Notes: a model not told the origin generated them from the sequence alone. A DNA stretch of 64,000 nucleotides from Candidatus Limnocylindrales bacterium (GCA_035760905.1 DASTSC010000132.1:7707-71706); one strand, 5' to 3'; shown: positions 9,062-18,082, counted from the stretch's first letter. Numbers and translations are program-made.

Positions 9062-10045
9062 ATGGCCACGACCTTCTACAGCGAGATCGCCGAGAACAAG
9101 CGTGAGTCGGTGCTGCTCACGCTCGTCGTGGCCGCGCTGCTGGGCGTTCTCGGCTTCGCGATCGGCTACGCGCTCACAGGACGGCCGGCCGGGGCGGTCG
9201 GCGTCACCCTCGTCGCGGTCGTCCTGGCCGCGCTCCTCTCGATCGGCTCGTACTTCGGGGGCGACCAGCTCGTCCTGTCGGCGTCGCAGGCGCGGCCCGT
9301 GGATGCCGCGACCGCGCCGCAGCTCCTCAACGTCGTCCAGGAGCTCGCGATCGCGGCGAACGTGCCGTTGCCGAAGGTCTACGTCATCGAGGACTCGGCG
9401 CCGAACGCGTTCGCCACCGGCCGCGACCCCGAGCACGCCTCGGTGGCGGTCACGACGGGCCTCCTCGAGAAGCTCGATCGCGAGGAGCTGCAGGGCGTCA
9501 TCGGCCACGAGCTGAGCCACGTCCGCAACTTCGATGTCCGGTTCACGCTCCTCGTCGCGGTCCTCGTCGGCAGCATCGCCCTCCTGGCGGACATGTTCCT
9601 GCGCTACTCGTTCTGGTTCGGGGGCGGTCGCCGCGGCGGCGGTGACCGGCAGGGGAGGGGAGGCGGCGGGTTGCAGGCCGTCATGTTCGTCGTCGCGATC
9701 GTCCTCGCGATCCTCGCCCCGATCGCGGCCCGCTTCGTCCAGCTCGCGGTGAGCAGGCAGCGCGAATACCTCGCCGACGCGTCGTCGGTCGACCTCACCC
9801 GGAACCCGCACGGCCTCGAAAGGGCGCTGGCGAAGATCGCGGCCGACCGCGACGTCCTCGAGGTCGCCAATCGGGCCACCCAGCATCTCTACTTCACGAA
9901 CCCGATCAAGAAGTGGGAGGAGCGGTCCTCGGGGCTCTTCTCGACGCACCCGCCAATCGTCGACCGGATCAACCGCCTCCGGGAGCTGACCGGCGAGCAG
10001 CCGCTCACCCCGGACGCCGTGACCGCGCTCCAGGGCCTCGACTGA
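9062..10045 (+). CDS. htpX: HtpX-like M48 zinc metalloprotease
   Basis: HELSHVRNFD zinc-binding HEXXH motif, four TM segments; Gly/Arg-rich insert; LemA-HtpX pairing is common. Confidence 0.85.
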   Translation: MATTFYSEIAENKRESVLLTLVVAALLGVLGFAIGYALTGRPAGAVGVTLVAVVLAALLSIGSYFGGDQLVLSASQARPVDAATAPQLLNVVQELAIAANVPLPKVYVIEDSAPNAFATGRDPEHASVAVTTGLLEKLDREELQGVIGHELSHVRNFDVRFTLLVAVLVGSIALLADMFLRYSFWFGGGRRGGGDRQGRGGGGLQAVMFVVAIVLAILAPIAARFVQLAVSRQREYLADASSVDLTRNPHGLERALAKIAADRDVLEVANRATQHLYFTNPIKKWEERSSGLFSTHPPIVDRINRLRELTGEQPLTPDAVTALQGLD

Positions 10046-10057
10046 TACGGTCTCGGC

Positions 10058-10906
10058 GTGGCGCGACTGGCCGTCGTCTTCGGGGGCGGCGGGATCGTCG
10101 GACTCGGCTGGGAGATGGGCGTCGTCGAGGGCATCCGCGAGACCGGCTTCGACCTGGCCGGCGCGGACCGTTCGATCGGCACGTCGGCCGGCGCGATCGT
10201 CGGGGCGGTGCTGAGTGCCGGGATCCCGATCGCCGAGCTGCCCGAGCGGGCCGCCGAGCTGGGACCGGATCTCGAGACGCTCACCTCGCAGGTCGACCTC
10301 GCCCGGGTCGACGAGATCGCCGAGCGCTGGCGCGCGGCGGGGATGCGGCCGCGCCAGGCCGAGCGGGCGGCCATCGGTGCGCTCGCGCTTGCCGCGCCGG
10401 CTGCCGCGCCCGACGTCTTCGTCGACGTGCTGCGTCGTCTCCTGCCCGAGCACGGGTGGCCGGACGGACTCGTCGTGACCGCCGTGCGCGCCTCCGACGG
10501 CGAGTTCATGGCCTGGGACGCCGGTTCCGGGCTGTCGCTGCCGACGGCCGTGGCCGCGAGCTGTGCGCTGCCCGGCGTCTTCGCTCCGGTCCGCGTGGGT
10601 GACGAGCGCTACGTCGACGGCGGCGTTCGGTCGCCGACGAACCTCGATCTCGCCGCCGGCGCCGAGCTCGTCGTCCTGCTCGCGCCGAGCGGACGGGAGG
10701 AGCTGGCGGAGGTCCTCGCCGTCGAGAGCGAGCCGATCGTCGCCCGCGGCGGACGGGTGGTGGAGATCCTGCCCGATGCCGCGGGTCTCGAGGCGATCGG
10801 TCCCGACCTCATGGACATGGAGCGGCTGCTGCCGGCGGCGATGGCCGGCTACGAGCAGGGCCTCCGGGTCGGGGAGGAGCTCGCGGCGGCCGTGCCGGCG
10901 GCGTAG
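10058..10906 (+). CDS. Patatin-like phospholipase
   Basis: Oxyanion hole GGGGIVG, catalytic GTSAG serine motif and DGG aspartate motif (YVDGGV); GTG start 13 nt after htpX stop. Confidence 0.8.
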   Translation: MARLAVVFGGGGIVGLGWEMGVVEGIRETGFDLAGADRSIGTSAGAIVGAVLSAGIPIAELPERAAELGPDLETLTSQVDLARVDEIAERWRAAGMRPRQAERAAIGALALAAPAAAPDVFVDVLRRLLPEHGWPDGLVVTAVRASDGEFMAWDAGSGLSLPTAVAASCALPGVFAPVRVGDERYVDGGVRSPTNLDLAAGAELVVLLAPSGREELAEVLAVESEPIVARGGRVVEILPDAAGLEAIGPDLMDMERLLPAAMAGYEQGLRVGEELAAAVPAA

Positions 10907-11036
10907 GCCTCGGCCGGCGGCGGCACGGGCCGACGGGCCCGCGTCGCGGAGGTCGTCCGGCCGTTGAGGGGGCCGGGAGTCGCGTGGTATCGTTCCCGCG
11001 CGCCGACCGGTGGCCATACGCCTGGTCGACGATCGG

Positions 11037-11112
11037 GCCGAGATAGCTCAGTTGGTAGAGCACGCGACTGAAAATCGCGGTGTCGCCAGTTCGATTCTGG
11101 CTCTCGGCACCA
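11037..11112 (+). tRNA. tRNA-Phe (anticodon GAA)
   Basis: gccgaga/tctcggc acceptor, tagctcagttggtagagc D-arm, loop cuGAAaa, ttcgattc T-loop, CCA encoded. Confidence 0.9.
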
Positions 11113-11134
11113 CCAATCGGTGGTCGCGGTCCGG

Positions 11135-11210
11135 GCGGAAGTGGCTCAGTTGGTAGAGCATCACCTTGCCAAGGTGAGGGTCGCGGGTTCGAGTCCCGTC
11201 TTCCGCTCCA
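11135..11210 (+). tRNA. tRNA-Gly (anticodon GCC)
   Basis: gcggaag/cttccgc acceptor, anticodon stem cacct/aggtg loop tuGCCaa, ggttcgagtcc T-arm. Confidence 0.9.
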
Positions 11211-11254
11211 TTTCTTTGCCCCTCGATCCCCGATATCGTCCGAATCGCCGCCAC

Positions 11255-11338
11255 TGCCCCTTCGTCTAGTGGTAGGACAGCGGACTTTGGATCCGAGAAC
11301 CGAGGTTCGAATCCTCGAGGGGCAGCCAGGACCCGGCC
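11255..11338 (+). tRNA. tRNA-Gln (anticodon TTG)
   Basis: U1-A72 acceptor (tgcccct/aggggca) and G73 discriminator typical of tRNA-Gln; loop cuUUGga; ggttcgaatcc T-arm. Confidence 0.8.
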
Positions 11339-11352
11339 GCGCGGCGCGCTCG

Positions 11353-11429
11353 GGGCGACGTGGTGAAGTGGTTTAACACGGAGGTCTGCAAAACCTCTAT
11401 TCAGCGGTTCGAATCCGCTCGTCGCCTCC
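11353..11429 (+). tRNA. tRNA-Cys (anticodon GCA)
   Basis: ggcgacg/cgtcgcc acceptor, anticodon stem gaggt/acctc loop cuGCAaa, U73 discriminator, ggttcgaatcc T-arm. Confidence 0.85.
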
Positions 11430-11520
11430 ACCTCTGATACTCCGACGGCGCCCGCACGGGCGCCGTCTTCGTTTGCCGAGAGACGGGTGCCGCTCCGTCG
11501 ACGGTAGATTCGGCAGCGGC

Positions 11521-11607
11521 GCCGAGGTGGCGGAACCGGCAGACGCGGCCGACTTAAAATCGGCTGCCCGCAAGGGCGTGCGAGTTCAAATCTCGCCCTC
11601 GGCACCA
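11521..11607 (+). tRNA. tRNA-Leu (anticodon TAA), long variable arm
   Basis: gccgagg/cctcggc acceptor, anticodon stem gccga/tcggc loop cuUAAaa, ttcaaat T-loop. Confidence 0.85.
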
Positions 11608-11699
11608 TTGACGCAGCGGGGCCGGCAAGGGCCGAGGGAGCAACTCCCCCGGCCTTCAGATCCTGCGGCGCGCCGCCGCGGCCTCGCGCGCGTCGGTTG

Positions 11700-12293
11700 T
11701 CAGCCGGCGCGATCCGAGGCGCTGTAGAGGATCCAGCCGCTGAACTCTCCGTTGTCGGCGCCGGTCCCGAACTCGTCGAGCGCGGTGCCGTGCAGCGAGC
11801 CCGACGCGTGGACGAACCGTCCGGTCCCGCCGACGATCGTCATCTGGTCCATGACGATCTCGGAGGTGCCGGCATCAGGGCGATCGCCCGGCCAGAACAG
11901 GAACGACCCCGAGTACTCGACCCAGAGCTCGTCGCCGTTGGCCGCAGTGACCGTCATCCTGCCGTCCTCGAAGGTTCCCGGCATCGGCGGCGCCGAGCGG
12001 AAGTCGAATTGCGTGCAGTGCGAGTTCAGGACGCTGACGGCGCCCAGGTGCCGCGCGACCCCGGTGCTGTCGATCGTCGTGACCCAGTCGGACGGCTGTG
12101 AGCAGCGGCCGCCAAAGGTGCTGCGATCGAGGTCCGGGGGGACGCCGGGTGCCATCTCGAGCGGGCGGTCGAGGCCCGCGGTCTGCATCTGGAACGGCAC
12201 CGCATGAGCCGCCTGGCCGCGCGTCGCCGCGGCGGGCGCCGCGAGCGCGAGCGCGAGGGTCGCTGCCGCGAACAGGGCGAGCATCCGTCGCAT
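11700..12293 (-). CDS. Hypothetical secreted protein (cleavable signal peptide)
   Basis: MRRMLALFAAATLALALAAPAAA signal peptide; 197 aa; high GC3 codon pattern; downstream of the TadZ-like gene on the same strand. Confidence 0.55.
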   Translation of the reverse strand: MRRMLALFAAATLALALAAPAAATRGQAAHAVPFQMQTAGLDRPLEMAPGVPPDLDRSTFGGRCSQPSDWVTTIDSTGVARHLGAVSVLNSHCTQFDFRSAPPMPGTFEDGRMTVTAANGDELWVEYSGSFLFWPGDRPDAGTSEIVMDQMTIVGGTGRFVHASGSLHGTALDEFGTGADNGEFSGWILYSASDRAG

Positions 12294-12514
12294 GGGCCGT
12301 CTCCTTCCCTCCCGACACGGTCCGGCGGGCGTCAGAACTGACCCGACGTCCCCTCCGCGTCGGCGCGCGGGTCGGTCTCGCCAGTGGCTCGGCGCGGTCT
12401 CGGCGGCCGGGGCTTGGGCCGCGCGTCATCGCCCCCCGCGTGAGCCTCGAGCGTCGCGGGACGGCGGGCCAGCGACAAGTGCCGAACGGCTCGTCGCCGT
12501 CGGCATCGGCGGTT

Positions 12515-12799
12515 CTACCCGCCCTGACCCTGGCCGCCCTGCTGGCGCGGTCCGCCCATGACCCCGCCGACGCGACCCTCCCGGATGTTGTCGTTGCCGA
12601 CCGGCTCGGTGGGTTCGCCCGGATCGAGCTCGTCCTCGGGGCTCGGTTCGCGCGGTGGCGCGGAGCCGGGATTCGCCTCCGTGCGAGGCACGCTCTCCTC
12701 GATCTGCGGGACGGGGTCGTCGGAGTCGGCCGTGAAGGCGGCGTTCTGGGGAGTCGTCACGGGCCCAGGATGGGCGGCGCCGTCTTGCGCGCCGGTCAC
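12515..12799 (-). CDS. Hypothetical small acidic Pro-rich protein (GTG start), Gly/Gln-rich C-terminus
   Basis: 94-aa ORF with about 85 % GC at codon third positions; no recognisable domain. Confidence 0.35.
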   Translation of the reverse strand: MTGAQDGAAHPGPVTTPQNAAFTADSDDPVPQIEESVPRTEANPGSAPPREPSPEDELDPGEPTEPVGNDNIREGRVGGVMGGPRQQGGQGQGG

Positions 12800-12858
12800 C
12801 CGTCCCGCCGTCCCGGGTTGCGACGCGCTCGCAACCCATCGGGCGTCGACGTGACCGC

Positions 12859-14142
12859 TCAGCGGCGGCGGAGGGCGAAGCGCGGTCCCCGCCGCGACTG
12901 GCTGGCGACCGCCTCCCCGGGCGCCGCCGGGGCTCCGACGAGGCCCGCCGTGTCGAATACCTGGTGGGCGAGCTGCCGGAATCGCTCGGCGGCGAGCGAC
13001 CGCGGCGCGCCGACCGTGACCGGACGACCCTCGTTCACCGCCTTGAGGTAGATGAACGGGTCGTACGGGAGCTCGAACGAGATCCGCGTTCCGAGCGAGC
13101 TCTCGACGTCGCGCGGCTTGAGCAGCTCGCGGGCGAAGACGTTGTTGAGGACGAACGTCGTCTTGCCGGCGACCGAGCCGTTCTCGTTGAGGTAGTCGAG
13201 CAGCGAGTGGAGCGCCTTGAGCGCGGCGATCTCGGGGTAGACCGGCAGGATGACCGCATCCGCCCGCTCGAACGCCGCCATCACCCGCTCGTCGAGCGTC
13301 GATCCGGCGTCGACGATGACGTAGTCGTAGGTGCCGAGGATCGTCTTGAGGAGCTGCTCGACGTGACTCGCCTCGACGAGCCGCGCGGATTCGGGCGAGC
13401 CCGGTGAGGCGAGGACGTGGAGCCCCGAGTCGTGGCGGGTCGCGAACGTCCGGAGCAGCTCGGCCTCGCGGAGGGCCTGCTCGTCCCGGACGACGTCGGC
13501 GAGCGTCTGGCGCGGCGTGACGTCGAGGAAGGTCGCGACCTGGCCGAACTGGAGGTCCAGGTCGACGACCACGACCTTGTCGGGCGCGTCCTTCGCCTTC
13601 GCCATCGCGAGGTTGACCGCGATCGTCGTCGTCCCGACGCCGCCCTTCGGGGCGAACACGACCGCGATCCGGTGCGGCTCGCCGGCGATGATCGACGGGG
13701 CGAGCGTGGGTGCGAGCTCCTTCGACCGCCGGAAGCGGAAGACGAGCGCCTCGAGGCGAACCTCGAGCTCACGGTCGTCGAAGGGTCGGGCGATGACGTC
13801 GTCGGCGCCGGCCTCGAGGAACGCGATCCGCGACTCGACGTCGTCGGCCGCGGTCAGGCCGAGGATCGGCACGGCCGCGAGGTCGGGGGCGGCCCGGATC
13901 GCGCGACACAGCTCGAGGGCCGCGCGATCCTCGGCCAGCCGGTCGATGATGACGATCTCGTGGTCGCCGACCTGGCGCAGGACGTCGGCGGGTTCGGTGG
14001 CCACGGCGACGTCGTGACCCGCGGCGGTCAGCTGAGGGGCGATCGATTCGGGTCCGGCGGCAGGGCGCTCGGCGAGCAGGATTCGGCTGGCGGCCACGGT
14101 CGCTCCGTGCGGATCGATGGGTCGAGGCGGACGAGGATACAT
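12859..14142 (-). CDS. TadZ/CpaE-like pilus-assembly protein: N-terminal receiver-like domain fused to ParA/MinD-type ATPase
   Basis: REC-like fold (RILLAERP...EIVIIDRL...ADDVIARPF) followed by deviant Walker A KGGVGTTTIAVNLA and Walker B VVVVDLDLQ; ATG at 14142 (MYPRPP) chosen over upstream Arg-rich extension to 14280. Confidence 0.75.
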   Translation of the reverse strand: MYPRPPRPIDPHGATVAASRILLAERPAAGPESIAPQLTAAGHDVAVATEPADVLRQVGDHEIVIIDRLAEDRAALELCRAIRAAPDLAAVPILGLTAADDVESRIAFLEAGADDVIARPFDDRELEVRLEALVFRFRRSKELAPTLAPSIIAGEPHRIAVVFAPKGGVGTTTIAVNLAMAKAKDAPDKVVVVDLDLQFGQVATFLDVTPRQTLADVVRDEQALREAELLRTFATRHDSGLHVLASPGSPESARLVEASHVEQLLKTILGTYDYVIVDAGSTLDERVMAAFERADAVILPVYPEIAALKALHSLLDYLNENGSVAGKTTFVLNNVFARELLKPRDVESSLGTRISFELPYDPFIYLKAVNEGRPVTVGAPRSLAAERFRQLAHQVFDTAGLVGAPAAPGEAVASQSRRGPRFALRRR

Positions 14143-14285
14143 CCCGGGACCGGGCGAGCCTGACGGCCGACCGGGGCTGGGAACGGAGGGTCGCGTGGTA
14201 CACTCCGCCGGTTTCCTTTCGGCTCCGCGTCGATCGAGCCCTCGATGACAGCGGGGCGTTTCCCACAGGAAGGAGTCCACGGCCC

Positions 14286-14741
14286 ATGCGCCGCTACGAG
14301 CTCATGCTGGTCCTCCGGCCCGACGCGCCGGACGACCGAACCCAGGCGGTCGTCGACCGCACGACCCGTCAGATCGTCGCGGCCGGCGGCCAGATCGTGA
14401 AGGTCGCGCCGTGGGGTCGCCGCCGCCTCGCCTATCCGATCGCCCACCAGCGCGAGGGGTCGTACCAGATCATCGTCTTCGAGTCCCCGGCCGAGGCGAT
14501 CGCGGAGCTCGAACGGAGCCTCCTCATCACCGAGGAGGTCCTGCGCCATCTCGTGACGCGCGTCGAGCGGCCCGTCCGGGCGCCTCGACGTGACGAATCG
14601 GCCGGTGCCGGGGAGGAGCCCGAGGAGCGGGAGGACGATGAGGAGCGCGAGGACGATGAGGAGCGCGAGGACGAGCCGGTAGCCGAGGACGAGACGATCG
14701 ACGAATCCGAGAGCGAAGCCGCTCCGGCCGCGATCGACTGA
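14286..14741 (+). CDS. rpsF: 30S ribosomal protein S6 with acidic C-terminal repeat extension
   Basis: MRRYELMLVLRPD...; C-terminal EEREDDEEREDDEEREDE repeats. Confidence 0.9.
   Translation: MRRYELMLVLRPDAPDDRTQAVVDRTTRQIVAAGGQIVKVAPWGRRRLAYPIAHQREGSYQIIVFESPAEAIAELERSLLITEEVLRHLVTRVERPVRAPRRDESAGAGEEPEEREDDEEREDDEEREDEPVAEDETIDESESEAAPAAID
14624..14677 (+). repeat. Three tandem 18-nt coding repeats (gaggagcg[c/g]gaggacga[t/g]) in rpsF tail
   Basis: Direct repeats read in sequence encoding EEREDD x3. Confidence 0.6.
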
Positions 14742-14754
14742 GGAGGGTGGTCGG

Positions 14755-15216
14755 ATGTCGCTCAACAAGGCGATGATCATCGGCAACCTGGGGCGGGACC
14801 CGGAGATGCGCTACACCCCGAGCGGTCAGGCGGTTACCCAGTTCACGGTGGCCGTCAACCGGAACTACCGCGACACGAACGGCGAGTGGCAGGAAGAGAC
14901 CGAGTGGTTCCGGGTGGTCGCCTGGGCCCAGCTCGCCGAGCGGACCGCCGAGTACCTCCGCAAGGGCCGCAAGGTCTACGTCGAGGGCCGCCTCCAGACG
15001 CGATCGTGGGAGGACCAGAACGGCCAGAAGCGGTACACGACCGAGCTGATCGCGAACACCGTGACCCCGCTCGACCCGCGCCCGCGCGACGAGGGCGATC
15101 CCGGGCCGGGCTTCACGCGCGACGCCGAACGGTCGGCCGCACCCGCGGCCACGGGCCAGGCGGCATCGGCTCCGACCTCCGACGACGGCGTCGACCTCGA
15201 CGACCTGCCCTTCTGA
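14755..15216 (+). CDS. ssb: Single-stranded DNA-binding protein
   Basis: OB-fold N-terminus (MIIGNLGRDPEMRYTPSG), Gly/Pro-rich linker, C-terminal acidic tip DDLPF. Confidence 0.9.
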   Translation: MSLNKAMIIGNLGRDPEMRYTPSGQAVTQFTVAVNRNYRDTNGEWQEETEWFRVVAWAQLAERTAEYLRKGRKVYVEGRLQTRSWEDQNGQKRYTTELIANTVTPLDPRPRDEGDPGPGFTRDAERSAAPAATGQAASAPTSDDGVDLDDLPF

Positions 15217-15263
15217 TGATGTTCCGGCCACCCGAACGAGACAACGGAGACACCTGACCCGCC

Positions 15264-15530
15264 ATGCCATCGCCCAAATCCCGAAAGCGAGACGACTACT
15301 ACCGCGACCGCCGGCGGCGGAAGGTCTGCGCGTTCTGCGCCGACAAGACCGTGGCGATCGACTACAAGGAGGTCAACCGCCTCCGCCGCTACCTGTCGGA
15401 GCGGGCGAAGATCGAGCCGCGCCGCAAGACGGGCACGTGCGCCGGGCACCAGCGCGAGCTGGCGATCGCCCTCAAGCGCGCGCGCCACGTCGCGCTGCTG
15501 CCGTACGCCCCGCAACACCTCCGGCCCTAA
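15264..15530 (+). CDS. rpsR: 30S ribosomal protein S18
   Basis: [53 protein letters not shown]. Confidence 0.9.
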   Translation: MPSPKSRKRDDYYRDRRRRKVCAFCADKTVAIDYKEVNRLRRYLSERAKIEPRRKTGTCAGHQRELAIALKRARHVALLPYAPQHLRP

Positions 15531-15673
15531 GGCCCGCGGGTGATCGACGCTCATCGCGGCGTCGGTGTCTCCGCGCGCTCGCTCACGCACGTCGAGTGCG
15601 CTCGCTCGCGTGCTCGCCCCCTCCTTGCATTGACCGCCGCTGACCCCCGGGCCGGTGGCTCCTCCGACGCGTC

Positions 15674-16576
15674 GTGACCACCGACCTGCTCCTGCTCGGC
15701 GGTGGCGTTGCCGCCGGGCTGTTCGGGTCGCTGCTCGGCCTCGGCGGCGGCATCCTCATCGTGCCCCTCCTGACCCTCGGCCTGCTCGGGTTCAGCTTGC
15801 CGATCCACCAGGCGGTGGGCGTCAGCCTCGTGAGCGTGATCGTCACGAGCGGCGCGTCGGGCGGTGTCTACCTGCGGCGCGGGGTCGCCAATCTCCGGCT
15901 CGGGATGCTGCTCGAGCTGTTCACCGCGAGCGGCGCGCTCGTCGGCGGACTCATCGCCTTCCTCGTCCCGGACCGGCTGCTCGCGGCGCTGTTCGCGGGC
16001 CTCCTCGTCTACACCGGGCTCACGATGCTCCGCGGCGGCCGCGTCGAGTACACGGCCGGCGCCGCCGGGGCCGAAGACGCGGACGAGGACGCGGCCGCGG
16101 CTCCGACGGGGCTCGGCGACACGCCCCCCGATCGGAGCGTCGAGGCGAGCCGGGGCCTGCCTCGCGGCACCAGGCTCCTGGACGAGATCTCCGAACCGGG
16201 CTATTCCGTCCGGAACCTGCCGGGTGGCATCGTGGCTGCGAGCCTGGCCGGCGTCGTCTCGGCGCTGCTCGGGATCGGCGGCGGGATCGTCAAGGTCCCG
16301 GTGATGCACGTCGTGATGGGCGTGCCGCTCCGCGTCTCGGCCGCGACGAGCAACGTGATGATCGGGATCACCGCCGCCTCGAGCGCGATCATCTACCTGC
16401 TCCGCGGCGGGATCGACCCCTATGTCGCGGGGCCGACGGCGCTCGGCGTCTTCGCGGGCGCCTCGGTCGGGTCGCGCCTGGTCGAGCGGGTGGACGTCCG
16501 GATCCTCCGCCTGCTGTTCGTGGCCGTGCTCGCCTACACCGCGGCGCAGATGGCCGGCCGGGCGCTCGGGCTGTGA
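15674..16576 (+). CDS. TauE/SafE (DUF81) family sulfite/anion exporter
   Basis: Two 4-TM halves each with the G(G)GxLxVPLL-type motif, separated by an Ala/Asp-rich cytoplasmic linker. Confidence 0.8.
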   Translation: MTTDLLLLGGGVAAGLFGSLLGLGGGILIVPLLTLGLLGFSLPIHQAVGVSLVSVIVTSGASGGVYLRRGVANLRLGMLLELFTASGALVGGLIAFLVPDRLLAALFAGLLVYTGLTMLRGGRVEYTAGAAGAEDADEDAAAAPTGLGDTPPDRSVEASRGLPRGTRLLDEISEPGYSVRNLPGGIVAASLAGVVSALLGIGGGIVKVPVMHVVMGVPLRVSAATSNVMIGITAASSAIIYLLRGGIDPYVAGPTALGVFAGASVGSRLVERVDVRILRLLFVAVLAYTAAQMAGRALGL

Positions 16577-16968
16577 CCGCCGCGACGCGCGGCCGGGACC
16601 GCGACCCGGAGGAGGCGGGCTTCGAGGCTGCCGTCGGCCGGATCGTCACCATCGGGACGACGATCAGCGTCGTCCTCATCGGGATCGGCGTCGCGCTCAT
16701 GGTCGTCAACAGCCGCTCGCCGCTCGATCCGTCGCCCCCGTTCTCGTTCCGCGCGATCGCCGGCGACATCGTGGCGGGACGCGCGCGCGGGTTCCTCTGG
16801 CTCGGCCTCCTCGCCGCGGTCGCGACGCCACCGGCCCGCGTGGTCGGGTCGCTCGTCGGCTACCTCCGGCAGGGTGAGCGGACGATGGCGATCGTGGCGG
16901 TCGGGATCCTCGCCGTCATCGCCGGGGGAGTCGCCCTCGCGCTCCTCACCGGGACCGGGCTTCGATGA
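16573..16968 (+). CDS. DUF1634-like small membrane protein (GTG overlapping tauE stop)
   Basis: About 130 aa, three hydrophobic helices; DUF1634 genes are typically found immediately downstream of TauE/SafE genes; start GTG 16573 overlaps TGA of tauE. Confidence 0.55.
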   Translation: MTAATRGRDRDPEEAGFEAAVGRIVTIGTTISVVLIGIGVALMVVNSRSPLDPSPPFSFRAIAGDIVAGRARGFLWLGLLAAVATPPARVVGSLVGYLRQGERTMAIVAVGILAVIAGGVALALLTGTGLR

Positions 16969-18032
16969 ACGTCCTCGAGCTCCTCCTCCTGGCGATCGCG
17001 TTCCTCGTGATCCTGGCCGGGGCCGAGCTGTTCACGAACGGGATCGAGTGGTTCGGCCGGAAGCTCGAGCTCGCCGAGGGCGCGGTCGGATCGGTCCTCG
17101 CCGCGGTCGGCACCGCCCTCCCGGAGACGATGATCCCGATCGTCGCGATCCTGTCGAACCCGCACGGCAGCAACGTCGCGGTCGGCGCGATCCTCGGCGC
17201 GCCGTTCATGCTCTCGACGCTGGCGATGTTCGTGACGGGCGCGGCGGTGCTCGCGGTCGCCCGGCGGCGTCCGGCCGGCGACGTGATGCCGATCGATACG
17301 GTCGTCCTCGGCAAGGACGCCCGGACGTTCAGCGCCGCCTACGCGGTCGCGGTGGTCGCCGCGTTCCTGCCGGCCGAGCTCGGCTGGCTCAAGCCGCTCA
17401 TCGGGGTCGGGCTCCTCGTCGTGTACGGGCTCTACGTGAAGGGCCACCTCGACGCCGACGCCGCGATCGGCGAGGACGGCGAGCTCGCACCGCTCCGATT
17501 GCGGCGGCTCGACCCCGCCGCGCGGCGCCGAGAGCCGGCCGTCCCGCGCTTGCGGGTCGTCACGGTCCAGGTCGTCGTCGCGGTCGGCCTCATCGTCGGC
17601 GGCGCGGCCCTCTTCGTCGACGCCGTCGAGGGGCTCGGCCGGGATCTCGGCGTGAACGAGACGCTCCTCGCCCTCGTGATCGCGCCGATCGCGACCGAGC
17701 TGCCCGAGAAGCTCAACAGCGTCATCTGGGTGCGGCAGGGAAAGGACACGCTCGCGCTCGGCAACATCACCGGGGCGATGGTCTTCCAGAGCACGATCCC
17801 GACCGTCGTCGCGCTCGTCCTCGCCGGCGCGACGTGGACGGTCGGCCCGGGCACGATGCTCGCCTTCGCGTCCGCGGCGATCGCCTTCCTCTCCACGGCG
17901 GCGATCTTCGTGCCGATGTCGCGGTCGGGCGTCCTGCGCGGGCGGCGCCTCCTCGTGGGCGGCGCCTTCTACCTCGTCTATCTCGTCCTCGTCGTCGCCG
18001 AGCTTGCCGGAATCCTCGCCCTCGACGCCTGA
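16965..18032 (+). CDS. CaCA-family sodium/calcium (cation/proton) exchanger, YrbG-like
   Basis: Two alpha-repeat regions (GSVLAAVGTALPE / GNITGAMVFQSTIP), about 10 TM helices; ATG overlaps upstream stop (ATGA). Confidence 0.8.
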   Translation: MNVLELLLLAIAFLVILAGAELFTNGIEWFGRKLELAEGAVGSVLAAVGTALPETMIPIVAILSNPHGSNVAVGAILGAPFMLSTLAMFVTGAAVLAVARRRPAGDVMPIDTVVLGKDARTFSAAYAVAVVAAFLPAELGWLKPLIGVGLLVVYGLYVKGHLDADAAIGEDGELAPLRLRRLDPAARRREPAVPRLRVVTVQVVVAVGLIVGGAALFVDAVEGLGRDLGVNETLLALVIAPIATELPEKLNSVIWVRQGKDTLALGNITGAMVFQSTIPTVVALVLAGATWTVGPGTMLAFASAAIAFLSTAAIFVPMSRSGVLRGRRLLVGGAFYLVYLVLVVAELAGILALDA

Positions 18033-18052
18033 CCGGTCGGGCGAGACCGGTC
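18031..18052 (+). terminator. Hairpin formed by two copies of the palindromic octamer GACCGGTC separated by 6 nt, at the CaCA gene stop
   Basis: gaccggtc-gggcga-gaccggtc read directly; potential GC-rich terminator or protein-binding palindrome. Confidence 0.35.
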
Positions 18053-18082
18053 GCCCGGTCCGGAGCGCGTGAGGGCCCGGCG

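Noticed and set aside
8618-11017. 799-aa minus-strand ORF spanning lemA-htpX-patatin
   Set aside because: Antisense to three motif-supported genes; Arg/Gly/Asp low complexity
11048-11608. 186-aa minus-strand ORF over the tRNA array
   Set aside because: Overlaps five clearly folded tRNA genes; translation (SGFEPLNRGFADLRVKPLHH...) is just antisense tRNA sequence
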